Part shown: positions 55,082 through 64,000 of the stretch, piece after piece | How the letters are laid out: the number at the start of each line of letters is the position of its first letter | Numbering within the stretch: the stretch's first letter is position 1 | The notes under the pieces: model-generated | What the model was told of the DNA's origin: nothing | Databases searched by the model: none | The model's input: the letters and a program-made list of their open reading frames with translations, nothing else | Program-made: the position numbers and the translations under genes | NCBI GenBank assembly: GCA_964518765.1 | Contig: CAZFJC010000001.1 | Coordinates: 11,595-75,594 of the forward strand | Direction: 5' to 3' | Source: an uncultured bacterium | GTDB taxonomy: Bacteria > Edwardsbacteria > AC1 > EtOH8 | Length of the DNA stretch: 64,000 nucleotides

Positions 55082-56791
55082 ATGACTATTATTGAACTTC
55101 CCCAAGAGGTTGTAGACAAGATCGCCGCCGGCGAAGTGGTGGAAAGGCCCTCCTCCGTGGTCAAGGAGCTGGTGGAGAACAGCCTGGACGCAGGTGCCAC
55201 GCTCATCGAGGTGGAGGTGCGGAATGGCGGCCTGGACCTTATCCGAGTTTCCGATGACGGCCGGGGCATGCCCCGTGAGGACCTCAGGCTGTCGGTAAAG
55301 CCCCATGCCACCAGCAAGATAAAAAGCTACGAGGATATACTGGAGGCGCACAGCTACGGCTTCAGAGGCGAAGCCTTGCCCAGCATCGCCTCGGTATCCA
55401 GACTGCGCATTACTTCTCGGGCCGCCGGTTATGAAACTGGATGGGAATTGGTCTGTGGTGCCGGCGAGGGACCAAAGGAAAGGGAGGCCGCGGCCGCCAC
55501 CGGCACTTCGGTCGAAGCGGAAGCTCTCTTCGCCAACGTCCCGGCCAGAAGGAAATTCCTGCGTTCGCCCATGACCGAAGGCCGGCGTTGCCTGGAGGAG
55601 GTATTCCATCAGGCCCTAGCCAATCCCGGGGTTGCCTTCCGCTTCATAAACGAGGGCCGGACGACATTGGAGCTGCCTACGGCCGAGCAAGCGGAACGTT
55701 GGCGCCAAGCTTTGGGCAGCGAACTTTTCTTTTCCCTGGTTCCTCTGGAGTCGCGCTCCGGCGACCTGGCGCTGGCCGGGTTGGCCTCCAAGTCCGGAAA
55801 CCTATGGCCTAGGCGCCGGGAGCAGCATTTATACGTCAACGGCCGCCGGGTGGTGCACCGGCTGGTGACCTCAGCCGTCTACCAGGCATATGGCCCAGCC
55901 TTGGAGGGGCGGCACCCGGCCTTCCTGCTCTTTTTAACCATGCCGACGCGGTTAGTGGATGTAAACGTTCATCCGGCTAAGCGAGAAGTGCGATTCCGCG
56001 ATGACGAATTGGTCTTCCGTTTCGTCCGATCGTCGCTGGAGAGAACCTTGTTCGGAAAGAACGAAGGACCTGGGGTAGGCGCTTCGCCCTTCCCCAGGCT
56101 GACGGATGGCCAGCTTCCCGACAACAAGGCCCGGCCTCTGGGGGCGGTGGCCGAAAAACAAACGGTCTTTGACCTAAACGAGGCCGGCTCCCGGCGCCCC
56201 GATCCCAAGATAAATCTGGCTGCATCACCGCCGGTCGCCCAATGCTGGCAGCTTCACAGCCGCTACATCCTGGCCCCTATAAAAAACGGGATGATCCTGG
56301 TAGACCAGCATGCCGCTCACGAGCGCATCCTCTACGAGGAGCTGATGGGCAGGTCGGGAGGGGTCAGTCCCCAGCAGTTGATGTTCCCGGCCACGGTGGA
56401 GCTGACGGCGGCCGAGATGATGGTATTCACCGAACACCAAGAGATCTTTGCCACCCTGGGCTTCGAGCTTAAGAAATTCGGGGGACGAACCATCGTCATC
56501 GAGGGTCTGCCATCAGCCACCGCCGAGGCCGACGCCGAAACCGTGGTGCGAGGCATACTGGGTGACTTGGGCGACAATCGGCAGGCGGTCTCCGACCCAC
56601 GGGAGAGGGTGGCCCGTTCCTTCGCCTGTCATGCGGCCGTCAAAGCCGGCCAACCGCTTTCCCAGGAGGAGATGAACCGGCTGATAGACAGGTTGTTTGC
56701 CACCTCCAGCCCCTACCTCGATCCGCACGGGCGGCCGGCGGTTATCAAACTAACGCTCGAGGATCTGGAGAGGAGGTTCGGCCGGGTATGA
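55082..56791 (+). CDS. mutL: DNA mismatch repair protein MutL.
   Basis: IAAGEVVERPSSVVKELVENSLDAGAT GHKL ATPase motifs. Confidence 0.9.
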   Translation: MTIIELPQEVVDKIAAGEVVERPSSVVKELVENSLDAGATLIEVEVRNGGLDLIRVSDDGRGMPREDLRLSVKPHATSKIKSYEDILEAHSYGFRGEALPSIASVSRLRITSRAAGYETGWELVCGAGEGPKEREAAAATGTSVEAEALFANVPARRKFLRSPMTEGRRCLEEVFHQALANPGVAFRFINEGRTTLELPTAEQAERWRQALGSELFFSLVPLESRSGDLALAGLASKSGNLWPRRREQHLYVNGRRVVHRLVTSAVYQAYGPALEGRHPAFLLFLTMPTRLVDVNVHPAKREVRFRDDELVFRFVRSSLERTLFGKNEGPGVGASPFPRLTDGQLPDNKARPLGAVAEKQTVFDLNEAGSRRPDPKINLAASPPVAQCWQLHSRYILAPIKNGMILVDQHAAHERILYEELMGRSGGVSPQQLMFPATVELTAAEMMVFTEHQEIFATLGFELKKFGGRTIVIEGLPSATAEADAETVVRGILGDLGDNRQAVSDPRERVARSFACHAAVKAGQPLSQEEMNRLIDRLFATSSPYLDPHGRPAVIKLTLEDLERRFGRV

Positions 56792-57711
56792 GCAAGAGGC
56801 CGTCGGTCTTGGTGCTGGCCGGCCCAACGGCGGTGGGGAAAACAGCCCTGGCCTTAGAGCTTTGCCGAAAAATGGGGGCGGATATCATCTCGGCCGATTC
56901 ACGGCAGATATATCGGCATCTCGACATCGGGACCGCCAAGCCCACAGCTGAGGAGCAACGTCAGGCCAGGCATCATCTGATAGACATCCTGGAACCGGGC
57001 CAAAGCTACAGCGCCGGCAGATACGCCCAAGACGCTAGGGCAGCCATGTCCCGTCTGGATACTGAGGGAAGACGGTTTATCGTCACCGGGGGATCCGGCC
57101 TTTACATCCGGGCACTGATCGAAGGATTCTCCGAGATCCCTCCGGTGGATCCCGATATCAGCCAAAGGTTGCGCCTAGAGGCTGATGGGAACGGCAGCGA
57201 ACCTCTATACCGAAGGCTGATGAAGGAGGATGAGACCACCGCCCGACGTCTAAAGCCAGCCGATAAATCCAGGATCGTCCGGGCCTTGGAGGTGCTGGAG
57301 GCCACCGGCCGTCCCATCAGCTATTGGCAGGGATTGCCCCGGGCCGGGGACGGAAGACGCTACCACCTGGTGATCCTCAGCCGGGAGCGCCGCCAGCTGT
57401 ATCGGATGATCGATGACAGGGCAGAGAGGATGATAGCCGACGGCCTTTTAGACGAAGTACGACGTCTGGAGGAACAGGGCTTCCGGCCGGCGATGGAGAG
57501 CATCAAGGCCGTGGGGTATCGGGAGGCCCTGCGGCATCTGGACGGGGAAATCAACCTACCGGCCATGGCCGAGGCCATAAAACGAAACAGCCGCCGCTTC
57601 GCCAAACGCCAGTTGACCTGGTTCCGGGGAATGGCCGACGCCGAGTGGCTTGAGCTCACGGGGACGAAGGCGGCTCTAGCGCATCTGCTGCCACTCTGTC
57701 AGTGGGACTAA
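56788..57711 (+). CDS. miaA: tRNA dimethylallyltransferase.
   Basis: LAGPTAVGKT P-loop; mutL-miaA synteny with ATGA overlap. Confidence 0.9.
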   Translation: MSKRPSVLVLAGPTAVGKTALALELCRKMGADIISADSRQIYRHLDIGTAKPTAEEQRQARHHLIDILEPGQSYSAGRYAQDARAAMSRLDTEGRRFIVTGGSGLYIRALIEGFSEIPPVDPDISQRLRLEADGNGSEPLYRRLMKEDETTARRLKPADKSRIVRALEVLEATGRPISYWQGLPRAGDGRRYHLVILSRERRQLYRMIDDRAERMIADGLLDEVRRLEEQGFRPAMESIKAVGYREALRHLDGEINLPAMAEAIKRNSRRFAKRQLTWFRGMADAEWLELTGTKAALAHLLPLCQWD

Positions 57712-60533
57712 GATCGTGCCGAACATGGACCGCCGTCTGGGCCATCTTTGGAATGGCCGCGGCCGGGTCATTTTTCTCTGGGCCGGCTCTGGGGCAAAAC
57801 CTTTCTCCCGTCCCCTATGGCTGGAGCTGGAGCTTCCTGGAGACCGAGAACTTCAAAGTCATATATCACCGTGGAACGGAGCCGCTGGCCCGACGCGCGG
57901 CTGCCATGGCCGAGCTGGTACACCAGAGGCTAACGAAGACCATGGGCTGGCACCCCAAGCACAGGACCCGATTAGTGATCCTGGACAACACCGACCAAGC
58001 CAATGCCCTGTCCCTAGCCTTTCCCCGGAACACCATCCTCGTCTACCCGGCTCCGCCGTCCGGGGGGCCGGGCAACTACCTGGATTGGCTTTACGAGCTG
58101 CTGCTTCACGAGTACGCTCACATCCTCCACCTCGACCATGTCTCCGGGCTGATGGCCTACCTCAGGTCGGTATTCGGCCGGGTGATAATTCCCAACGCCC
58201 TCCAGCCGATGAGCCAGCTGGAGGGCATGGCTGTTTACGCCGAAAGCCGTTTCTCCTCCATGGGACGGAACAACAGTGCCCTGACCGAAGGCATCCTGAG
58301 GACGGTAGCGGCCGAAGGAGACTGGCCGAGCCTCGATCGAGCCGCAACCTTCAATTCCCGATGGCCCTGGGATGCCCCGTACCTCTTTGGCGGAAAGTTC
58401 ACCCAGTATTTGGCGGATTCCTTCGGCGAGGCCCCATTGGAGAGATATAGCCAAATCCATGGAGGACAACTGATCCCCTTCATGCAGAACCGGCCGGCCC
58501 AAAAAGCTTTCGGAAGCTCCCTCGATCAACTATGGGGCCAGTGGCGTAACCGGTCTCTGAAGTCTTACAAACGGCAATGCGATTCCCTTTCGGCCCCAGC
58601 GGCGGCAAGGCAGGAGAGGATAACCAACGACGGATTTTGGAAATCAGGCCTGGCCGTCTCTGGAGGGACGCGCCAGATAGCCTATTTTGCCAACGACGGC
58701 CGGAGCCATCCAGGGATCTGGCTGATGGAGACATCTGGCGACAAATCTTATTTAGCACACCGATGCTGGATAGATGGAGCCTTATCTTTTAGTTCCGATG
58801 GACGCTCTATATACTTTGGGCGGTTGGATTATGTCAACGACCGGGGGGAGCTTTCTTGCGACCTCTATCGTTTTGATATCGAACAGGACCGGGCAGTAAG
58901 ATTGACGCATGGTTGGCGGGCCAGGGACCCGGCCCCCTCGCCCGACGGGCGATGCCTTTACTTCACCACCACCAGACTGGGGCAGGGCGCTCTCTGCCGC
59001 CTTAAGCTGGACGGAATGGCGGTGGATACCCTGGTGGGCTTCGGCGACTCCTCGGCCATCAGTTGTCCGTCGGTTTCCCCGGACGGCCGGCTGCTGGCCT
59101 TCTCCGCCTGGACGGGAGAGGGGTACCAGGATATATACCTCTATGATTTGGAGAACGGTGCCTGCCGGCCCCTATTCACGGACCGGGCTCAGGAAATCCA
59201 GCCGCGCTGGTCGTCGGACGGGAGGGGCTTGTACTTCAGCTCGGACAGAAGCGGAGTCTGGAATATCTACCGATGGGAGAGGAAGACCGCCAGGATTTAT
59301 AAGACCACCGATCAGATCGGCGGGGCTTTCTGGCCGGCCCCCTCAGGCGACGCCTTGTGGTCGGTCGTCCTGACCGGACGGGGATACGAAATAGCAGAGG
59401 CCAGCCTCGACTCCGGGGTCGCATGCGAGGGGGAATACAGCGATGGTTACTATTATACCGGTCCCCTGGCGGAATTTGACGGCCCAAGCCGGCCGTATCA
59501 TTTCTGGAATAGCCTTCTGCCGGTGGCTTGGCTGCCCTACGGCTTCAGCGACAGAGACGGGGGGCACCTGGGGGCGGCGATTGTGGGGGCCGACGACCTG
59601 ATGCGCCATTACTACCTAGCGGCGATAGCCCCGGGAAAAAGCTTTGGTCGCTGGTATTACGACGGCCTTTATTCCTGCGGCTCACTGCCCGTCGGATTAG
59701 AGTTCAGGGCCAGCGATTATGTGCTGGCCAGAGAGGCGGACGGCAGCTATCTTCATTACCAAAGGGTAAGGGAGGCGTCCCTGGACGCATCAAAGACCTT
59801 CGGTGGATTATACAGAAGATTGAGCTTGGGGATGGGATTGAGCCGGAGGATATATTCCGAGGAATATGAAACGCCCGCCGCATCAGGCAATCATTGGCAG
59901 GGGTGCTTGGTCAGAGCCTCGACCTCCGCTTCATACAACAGCACCCAGCGCTATATTAAATCAATCGGCCCGGAGGACGGCCTGACGGCGTCTTTGTCCA
60001 CCTATTGGTACCGAAAGCTGTTCGGGAGCGACGTGGATCAAACCTGGGTGCAGGCCGGGTTGGCTCAATACCTGAGGCTGCCCTTAGCCAATCATGTTCT
60101 GATGGGATCAGTGATGGCCGGGGGCGGAACCGCCAAAGGGTCTTTCGTCGACGAATTCTGTGATGGATTCCGGGTGCGTGGACAGGATGAGGGGCCTAAC
60201 GGCCGGCGAAAGATAAAAGGCACCATCGAGGCCAGGTTTCCGATCGGCCGGGTGGAAAGGGGTCTAGGCACCTGGCCCCTATTTCTGCATGTCGTCCATG
60301 GCGCCCTTTTCGCCGAGGCCAACTGGGGCGGTGGTAACATGGCGCGGTTGGGATGGAGGCAGATGGGACGCTGTCTGGGGGGCGAGGTCCGGGCCGATGG
60401 GACGATATTCTACGCCGTCGACATGCAGCTCGGCCTCGGCTTGGCCAGGACCTTGGGGGAGGGGGGCGAAATGGTTCCCTATCTATCGCTGTCAACGCCA
60501 TTGGCTATGTTCCATGGATTGGCGCCGCGTTAA
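57702..60533 (+). CDS. Paralogue of 17573..20449: signal peptide, gluzincin HExxH...E domain, PD40-like propeller and Omp85-type C-terminal barrel (GTG start).
   Basis: LLLHEYAHILHLDH ... QLEGMAVYAES. Repeated SPDG/SSDG blades. The C-terminus (GFRVRGQ ... GTIEARFPI ... GALFAEANW ... FYAVDMQLGLGLAR) is barrel-like. Confidence 0.6.
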   Translation: MGLRSCRTWTAVWAIFGMAAAGSFFSGPALGQNLSPVPYGWSWSFLETENFKVIYHRGTEPLARRAAAMAELVHQRLTKTMGWHPKHRTRLVILDNTDQANALSLAFPRNTILVYPAPPSGGPGNYLDWLYELLLHEYAHILHLDHVSGLMAYLRSVFGRVIIPNALQPMSQLEGMAVYAESRFSSMGRNNSALTEGILRTVAAEGDWPSLDRAATFNSRWPWDAPYLFGGKFTQYLADSFGEAPLERYSQIHGGQLIPFMQNRPAQKAFGSSLDQLWGQWRNRSLKSYKRQCDSLSAPAAARQERITNDGFWKSGLAVSGGTRQIAYFANDGRSHPGIWLMETSGDKSYLAHRCWIDGALSFSSDGRSIYFGRLDYVNDRGELSCDLYRFDIEQDRAVRLTHGWRARDPAPSPDGRCLYFTTTRLGQGALCRLKLDGMAVDTLVGFGDSSAISCPSVSPDGRLLAFSAWTGEGYQDIYLYDLENGACRPLFTDRAQEIQPRWSSDGRGLYFSSDRSGVWNIYRWERKTARIYKTTDQIGGAFWPAPSGDALWSVVLTGRGYEIAEASLDSGVACEGEYSDGYYYTGPLAEFDGPSRPYHFWNSLLPVAWLPYGFSDRDGGHLGAAIVGADDLMRHYYLAAIAPGKSFGRWYYDGLYSCGSLPVGLEFRASDYVLAREADGSYLHYQRVREASLDASKTFGGLYRRLSLGMGLSRRIYSEEYETPAASGNHWQGCLVRASTSASYNSTQRYIKSIGPEDGLTASLSTYWYRKLFGSDVDQTWVQAGLAQYLRLPLANHVLMGSVMAGGGTAKGSFVDEFCDGFRVRGQDEGPNGRRKIKGTIEARFPIGRVERGLGTWPLFLHVVHGALFAEANWGGGNMARLGWRQMGRCLGGEVRADGTIFYAVDMQLGLGLARTLGEGGEMVPYLSLSTPLAMFHGLAPR

Positions 60534-62295
60534 GCCCATCCTGTTGGCCGCCCTTCAGGCGGCAGCTTTCAGCAGCCTGGCTCCAGCCCTGGGGTTCGAG
60601 GGAAACGTTCATTACGGCTCATGGCGACTGAGGCGGGAGTTGGGAGTCGATAAAAAATTCGTGTCGAAGCCTGAGAGCCTGGCGGCGGGGATGGAGAGGC
60701 TGACCGCCTTCTACCGCCGAAACGGCTTTATCGACGCCAGGATCGAGTTCTTCAGGGGCGGACATGGCCAAGACGCCGAGAGCCTTAAGATACTGATAAC
60801 CGAAGGTCCGCGCTATACCGTGGGCAGCTTGTCCTTCAAAGGGAACGACAGCCTTGGGCCTACCCTGCTGGCCAAGGGGCTGTCCAACCAAACGGGCAGG
60901 CCCTATAACCCGGACGCCGTCGGGTCCGACGAGTTCAAGCTGCTGATGGCCTACGCCGATCGCGGCTACGTCTTCGCCGGCGCTGAGGCCCAGGTGGAGC
61001 TGATGCCGGACACCACCGCAGCTCTGACCTTCTCCATCAGCGAAGGGAGGCGGGTTAGGGTGGGAGCAGTTTCGGTGAGGGGAAACTCCTTCTCCGCCGG
61101 GGAGGCGCTCATCCGAAGGGTGGGGATCAGGGCTGGAGATTTTTTCAGCCGAAGGGCCATGCTTGACGGAGAGCTGGCCCTGGCGGGCACCGGCCTGTTT
61201 AGTGAGTCAAGGGTCCAGCCCGGGGCGGTCAGCCACGACAGCACGACCATCGAGGTGGAAATAACGGTGGCGGAAAGGCCCCGGAGGCGGTTAGAGACTG
61301 GTTTGGGATACGGCAGCGGCGACGCCTTCAGGGTGATGGCCCGCTGGCTCAACCGCAACGTCGACGGCTGGGGACAGCGACTGGAGATAAGCGGTTTGGC
61401 AGCCGTCCAGCTTTGGCGGGACATCAGGCTGGTCCGGGGGCGGGCCCAGGTGTCATATCAAGAACCATGGCTTTTCCGCCGTGACCTGCCGGCCAAGGCC
61501 GCCGTCTACTATGACGACCACCGCCCTCCCTATACTGACTACCGTTTACAGACGGTAGGTATAGACCTGGACATATACCAGCGGCTGGGGCTTGACAACT
61601 ACCTTGACTGGCGGGCCAGCCAGCAGTGGCTGAGGCTATCGCCCAACTGGCGCGACCCGGAGATCCCGTCGGACACTATCAGGTACCATGGGCGTCGAAG
61701 CGTCTCCACCGGGTGGTTTCTGAACCGCCTGGACGATCCATTGTCCCCTCGAAATGGATATACAGCCCAATTGGCGCTTGAGTACACCGGGGGCTTTTTC
61801 GGAGGCGTCAGCACCTATCAAAGGATCAATGTAAATCTGACAGGATACGCCACCCTGGCCAAGCCCCGCACCACACTGGCCTTCAGGGCCAGGGGAGGTA
61901 TCATCGGAGACTGGGAGAAAAGGCACCTGGTGCCGTACTACGAAAGATATTTTCTGGGCGGGCCGACCACCCTGAGAGGGTATTCCAGCGGCAAGGCCGG
62001 CAGGCTTTCGGTGACAGGGGAGCCGCTGGGCGGCAAGAAGATGATGCTGGCCAATGTCGAGCTAAGGCCGACCATATACCGCCGGTGGGCGGCTAGCTTG
62101 TTCCTGGATGTGGGCATCCTGTCCGATAGTCCGTTGAGGAAAATGTCGTTGAGCGAGGCCTACACCAGCCCGGGGCTGGGGCTCAGGTACGTGCTTCCCA
62201 TGGGGACGGGAAGGCTGGACATAGCCTCGACGGGCACGAGTATGGAACAGATAAAAGAATGGAAGGTTATATTGGCTTGGGGTGAGATCTTTTAA
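60514..62295 (+). CDS. Omp85/BamA-family outer-membrane protein with POTRA-like N-terminal region.
   Basis: Signal peptide (ILLAALQAAAFSSLA); POTRA-like repeats; C-terminal barrel with TLRGYSS ... ANVELRP ... terminal GEIF (C-terminal aromatic). The start overlaps the upstream gene by 20 nt. Confidence 0.7.
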   Translation: MDWRRVKPILLAALQAAAFSSLAPALGFEGNVHYGSWRLRRELGVDKKFVSKPESLAAGMERLTAFYRRNGFIDARIEFFRGGHGQDAESLKILITEGPRYTVGSLSFKGNDSLGPTLLAKGLSNQTGRPYNPDAVGSDEFKLLMAYADRGYVFAGAEAQVELMPDTTAALTFSISEGRRVRVGAVSVRGNSFSAGEALIRRVGIRAGDFFSRRAMLDGELALAGTGLFSESRVQPGAVSHDSTTIEVEITVAERPRRRLETGLGYGSGDAFRVMARWLNRNVDGWGQRLEISGLAAVQLWRDIRLVRGRAQVSYQEPWLFRRDLPAKAAVYYDDHRPPYTDYRLQTVGIDLDIYQRLGLDNYLDWRASQQWLRLSPNWRDPEIPSDTIRYHGRRSVSTGWFLNRLDDPLSPRNGYTAQLALEYTGGFFGGVSTYQRINVNLTGYATLAKPRTTLAFRARGGIIGDWEKRHLVPYYERYFLGGPTTLRGYSSGKAGRLSVTGEPLGGKKMMLANVELRPTIYRRWAASLFLDVGILSDSPLRKMSLSEAYTSPGLGLRYVLPMGTGRLDIASTGTSMEQIKEWKVILAWGEIF

Positions 62296-62460
62296 AGACA
62301 CACTATTCGTTTTTTGCAGGTGTATGGAAAAAAATGCACCTATTTTTATTTATTCACAACATACCAAAGGAATGTATGTTGTAATGCAAGAAGTTAGAAT
62401 TCATTATTTTGGCATAGAATATGCTTAGTGTATTTTTAAACTTATATAAAGGATTAGATT

Positions 62461-64000
62461 ATGAAAAAATTGTTTTACATCCTATTGTTTTCTTTGATGG
62501 CGGGTGTTGCTTTGGGACAGACAATATTGGATAGCTATACAGATGGTAACTTCACGGCGAATCCAACGTGGTCAGGCGATGCATCAAACTGGACAATAGT
62601 AACCTCAAGCGATGTCGCGGCGGGTGCGTCAAATTCCAATACGCTTCGCCTTTCGGCACCAAAAGTTATTCAATACGATTATCTCTCAACACAGATAGCC
62701 AATTGGGGCAGCAGTCAAGAATGGGGGTTCTTTCTTGGGAGAAGGGCGCAAGCTTATACGGCAGCGAATAAGGTATTTATCTGGCTTTATGCAAACGATG
62801 CCAACTTAGAATCTTCAACAGTAGACGGTTATCAAATCGTGATAGGTGATGATTCGGGCAACGATGAAATACTCGTTCAGAGCGTCACAAATGGCGTTGG
62901 CACAACTTTCTTAACTTCGGCGAATTCGATACCGAATGGTCTTACGGATATTGGAATACTGATTAGAGTGACTCGTAGTTCAAGCGGTTTGTGGGAGCTA
63001 TTTACTTCAACTTTGCCAACCGTAAACGGCACCGGGGCCATAGCTTCAATGATACCAAACGCTTCAAATGCTTCAATAAGTCAAGGAACGGCGACAAATA
63101 CGACATATACTCCATCAGCCAATGGTTTTTTTGGGATTGTTGCATATCATAGCACCGGTGACAATGCGATAGCGACCGTAGAATTAGATCAAGTCTATTT
63201 CACCATCCCTGGAACCCCATCAATTAATCTGACCCCTTCATCCATGGATTATGATACCCTTTTGTTAAATGACACGCTGGAATCAAGCTATGTTGTCTCC
63301 GGCGACAACCTGACCGCCGGGATCACGGTCACCGCGCCGTCCTCCGAGTTCAAGGTCTCACTGACCAGCGGCTCGGGGTATTCCAACTCTGTGACCATCC
63401 CCCTGCAAGGGGATTCAGTCCCACCAACCAATGTTTACGCCATCATGGTCCCGACCAGCGAAGGCACAAAGTCCGGCAACATTACCAATGCCAGCGCCGG
63501 TGCCGCCACCCAGAACGTGGCCGTCAGCGGCTACGGGACAAAGATACACCTGCTAAGCAACCTTGCCAGCTTTGGCGGGGTGGAGGTAGGACAGACGTCG
63601 GCAGAGCAGTACTATCGTTTGGCTGCCTCAGGGTTAGGGCCAGAAAGCAATCTTTCGGTGACTGCTCCCTTGCAATATCTTGTATCCCTGACTTCAGGAT
63701 CCGGATATTCGTCGAGTTGCAACATAAGGGCCGATGAGAATGGAAGGATTTTAGAAGATACAGTTTTCGTGCGTTTCTCTCCCTCCAGCACCGGCACCAA
63801 GTTCGACAGCATCAGCCATGTAAGTTCGGGCGCCATCACACGGTACCAGAGGGTGTACGGCCGGGGCGTGGACAGCGAGCCGACCGTCCAGGCCAGCAAC
63901 ATTAACTTCAGCAATATAAACACCTACGACATGAGGGTCAGCTGGAACCGCGGCAACGGGGCCGGATGCGTGGTGGTGGCCCGATGCGAGAACCCGGTGG
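62461..64000 (+). CDS. Secreted surface protein, 3' partial (runs off the window). It is absent from the ORF track because it has no stop in the window.
   Basis: Manual translation: MKKLFYILLFSLMAGVALGQ signal peptide, then a Ser/Thr/Asn-rich beta-type sequence ending in a ...DMRVSWNRGNGAGCVVVARCE FN3-like motif. AAAGGA RBS; the 5' part is AT-rich. Confidence 0.55.
   Translation, partial: MKKLFYILLFSLMAGVALGQTILDSYTDGNFTANPTWSGDASNWTIVTSSDVAAGASNSNTLRLSAPKVIQYDYLSTQIANWGSSQEWGFFLGRRAQAYTAANKVFIWLYANDANLESSTVDGYQIVIGDDSGNDEILVQSVTNGVGTTFLTSANSIPNGLTDIGILIRVTRSSSGLWELFTSTLPTVNGTGAIASMIPNASNASISQGTATNTTYTPSANGFFGIVAYHSTGDNAIATVELDQVYFTIPGTPSINLTPSSMDYDTLLLNDTLESSYVVSGDNLTAGITVTAPSSEFKVSLTSGSGYSNSVTIPLQGDSVPPTNVYAIMVPTSEGTKSGNITNASAGAATQNVAVSGYGTKIHLLSNLASFGGVEVGQTSAEQYYRLAASGLGPESNLSVTAPLQYLVSLTSGSGYSSSCNIRADENGRILEDTVFVRFSPSSTGTKFDSISHVSSGAITRYQRVYGRGVDSEPTVQASNINFSNINTYDMRVSWNRGNGAGCVVVARCENPV

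Noticed and set aside
1-64000. CRISPR arrays, IS elements/transposases, integrases, rRNA
   Set aside because: No regularly spaced direct repeats were seen, and no ORF has transposase-, integrase- or Cas-like motifs. No rRNA-like conserved blocks were noticed.

Overview
This is a 64-kb window of high-GC (about 60-65%) bacterial DNA. It looks like a diderm: it carries Omp85/BamA-like barrels, an LpxL-type lipid A acyltransferase and lipoproteins. Every gene I can support (about 55 CDS plus one tRNA-Pro) is on the + strand, and all the long minus-strand ORFs in the track look like GC-driven antisense artefacts. Content, 5' to 3': (1) a CsgG/LpoB-like lipoprotein, FecR-domain protein, CsgG/LpoB-TPR lipoprotein trio, followed by envelope genes (DUF512-PDZ, PAP2, DUF218/ElyC). 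(2) Housekeeping synteny blocks: der-plsY-gpsA-pgeF, MerR, tRNA-Pro(GGG), an APC permease, an M29 aminopeptidase, a GT2 glycosyltransferase, surE-pcm, a LOG-like protein, acyP, apt, rsmD-coaD-obg, a HEAT-repeat protein and dprA. (3) A roughly 770-bp low-GC island encoding an orphan 181-aa protein with a coupled 11-codon uORF. (4) A large purine/pyrimidine-catabolic gene cluster at 27.1-54.9 kb built around two molybdenum hydroxylases. It includes adenine deaminase, XdhA/B-like genes, a DPD/YgfK-like tri-domain oxidoreductase, SsnA-, YgeY- and HyuA-like hydrolases, an XdhD-like subunit with a 2Fe-2S subunit, YgeW carbamoyltransferase, a YgeX-like PLP enzyme, MocA and XdhC. This matches the known selenium-dependent molybdenum hydroxylase (SDMH) neighbourhood of Clostridia and E. 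coli ygeW-ygfM. It is interrupted by leuS, and it contains a MOT-family molybdate transporter gene that carries both a frameshift and an in-frame TAA stop. (5) mutL-miaA. (6) Two paralogous giant proteins of about 950 aa with an unusual architecture: signal peptide, gluzincin HExxH...E domain, PD40/TolB-like beta-propeller repeats and an Omp85-type C-terminal barrel. The second one sits next to a POTRA-Omp85 (BamA-like) gene. (7) A lower-GC 3' terminal region encoding a signal-peptide surface protein that runs off the window. No CRISPR arrays, transposases or rRNA were seen. All functional calls come from by-eye motif recognition in the supplied translations; no database search was run.
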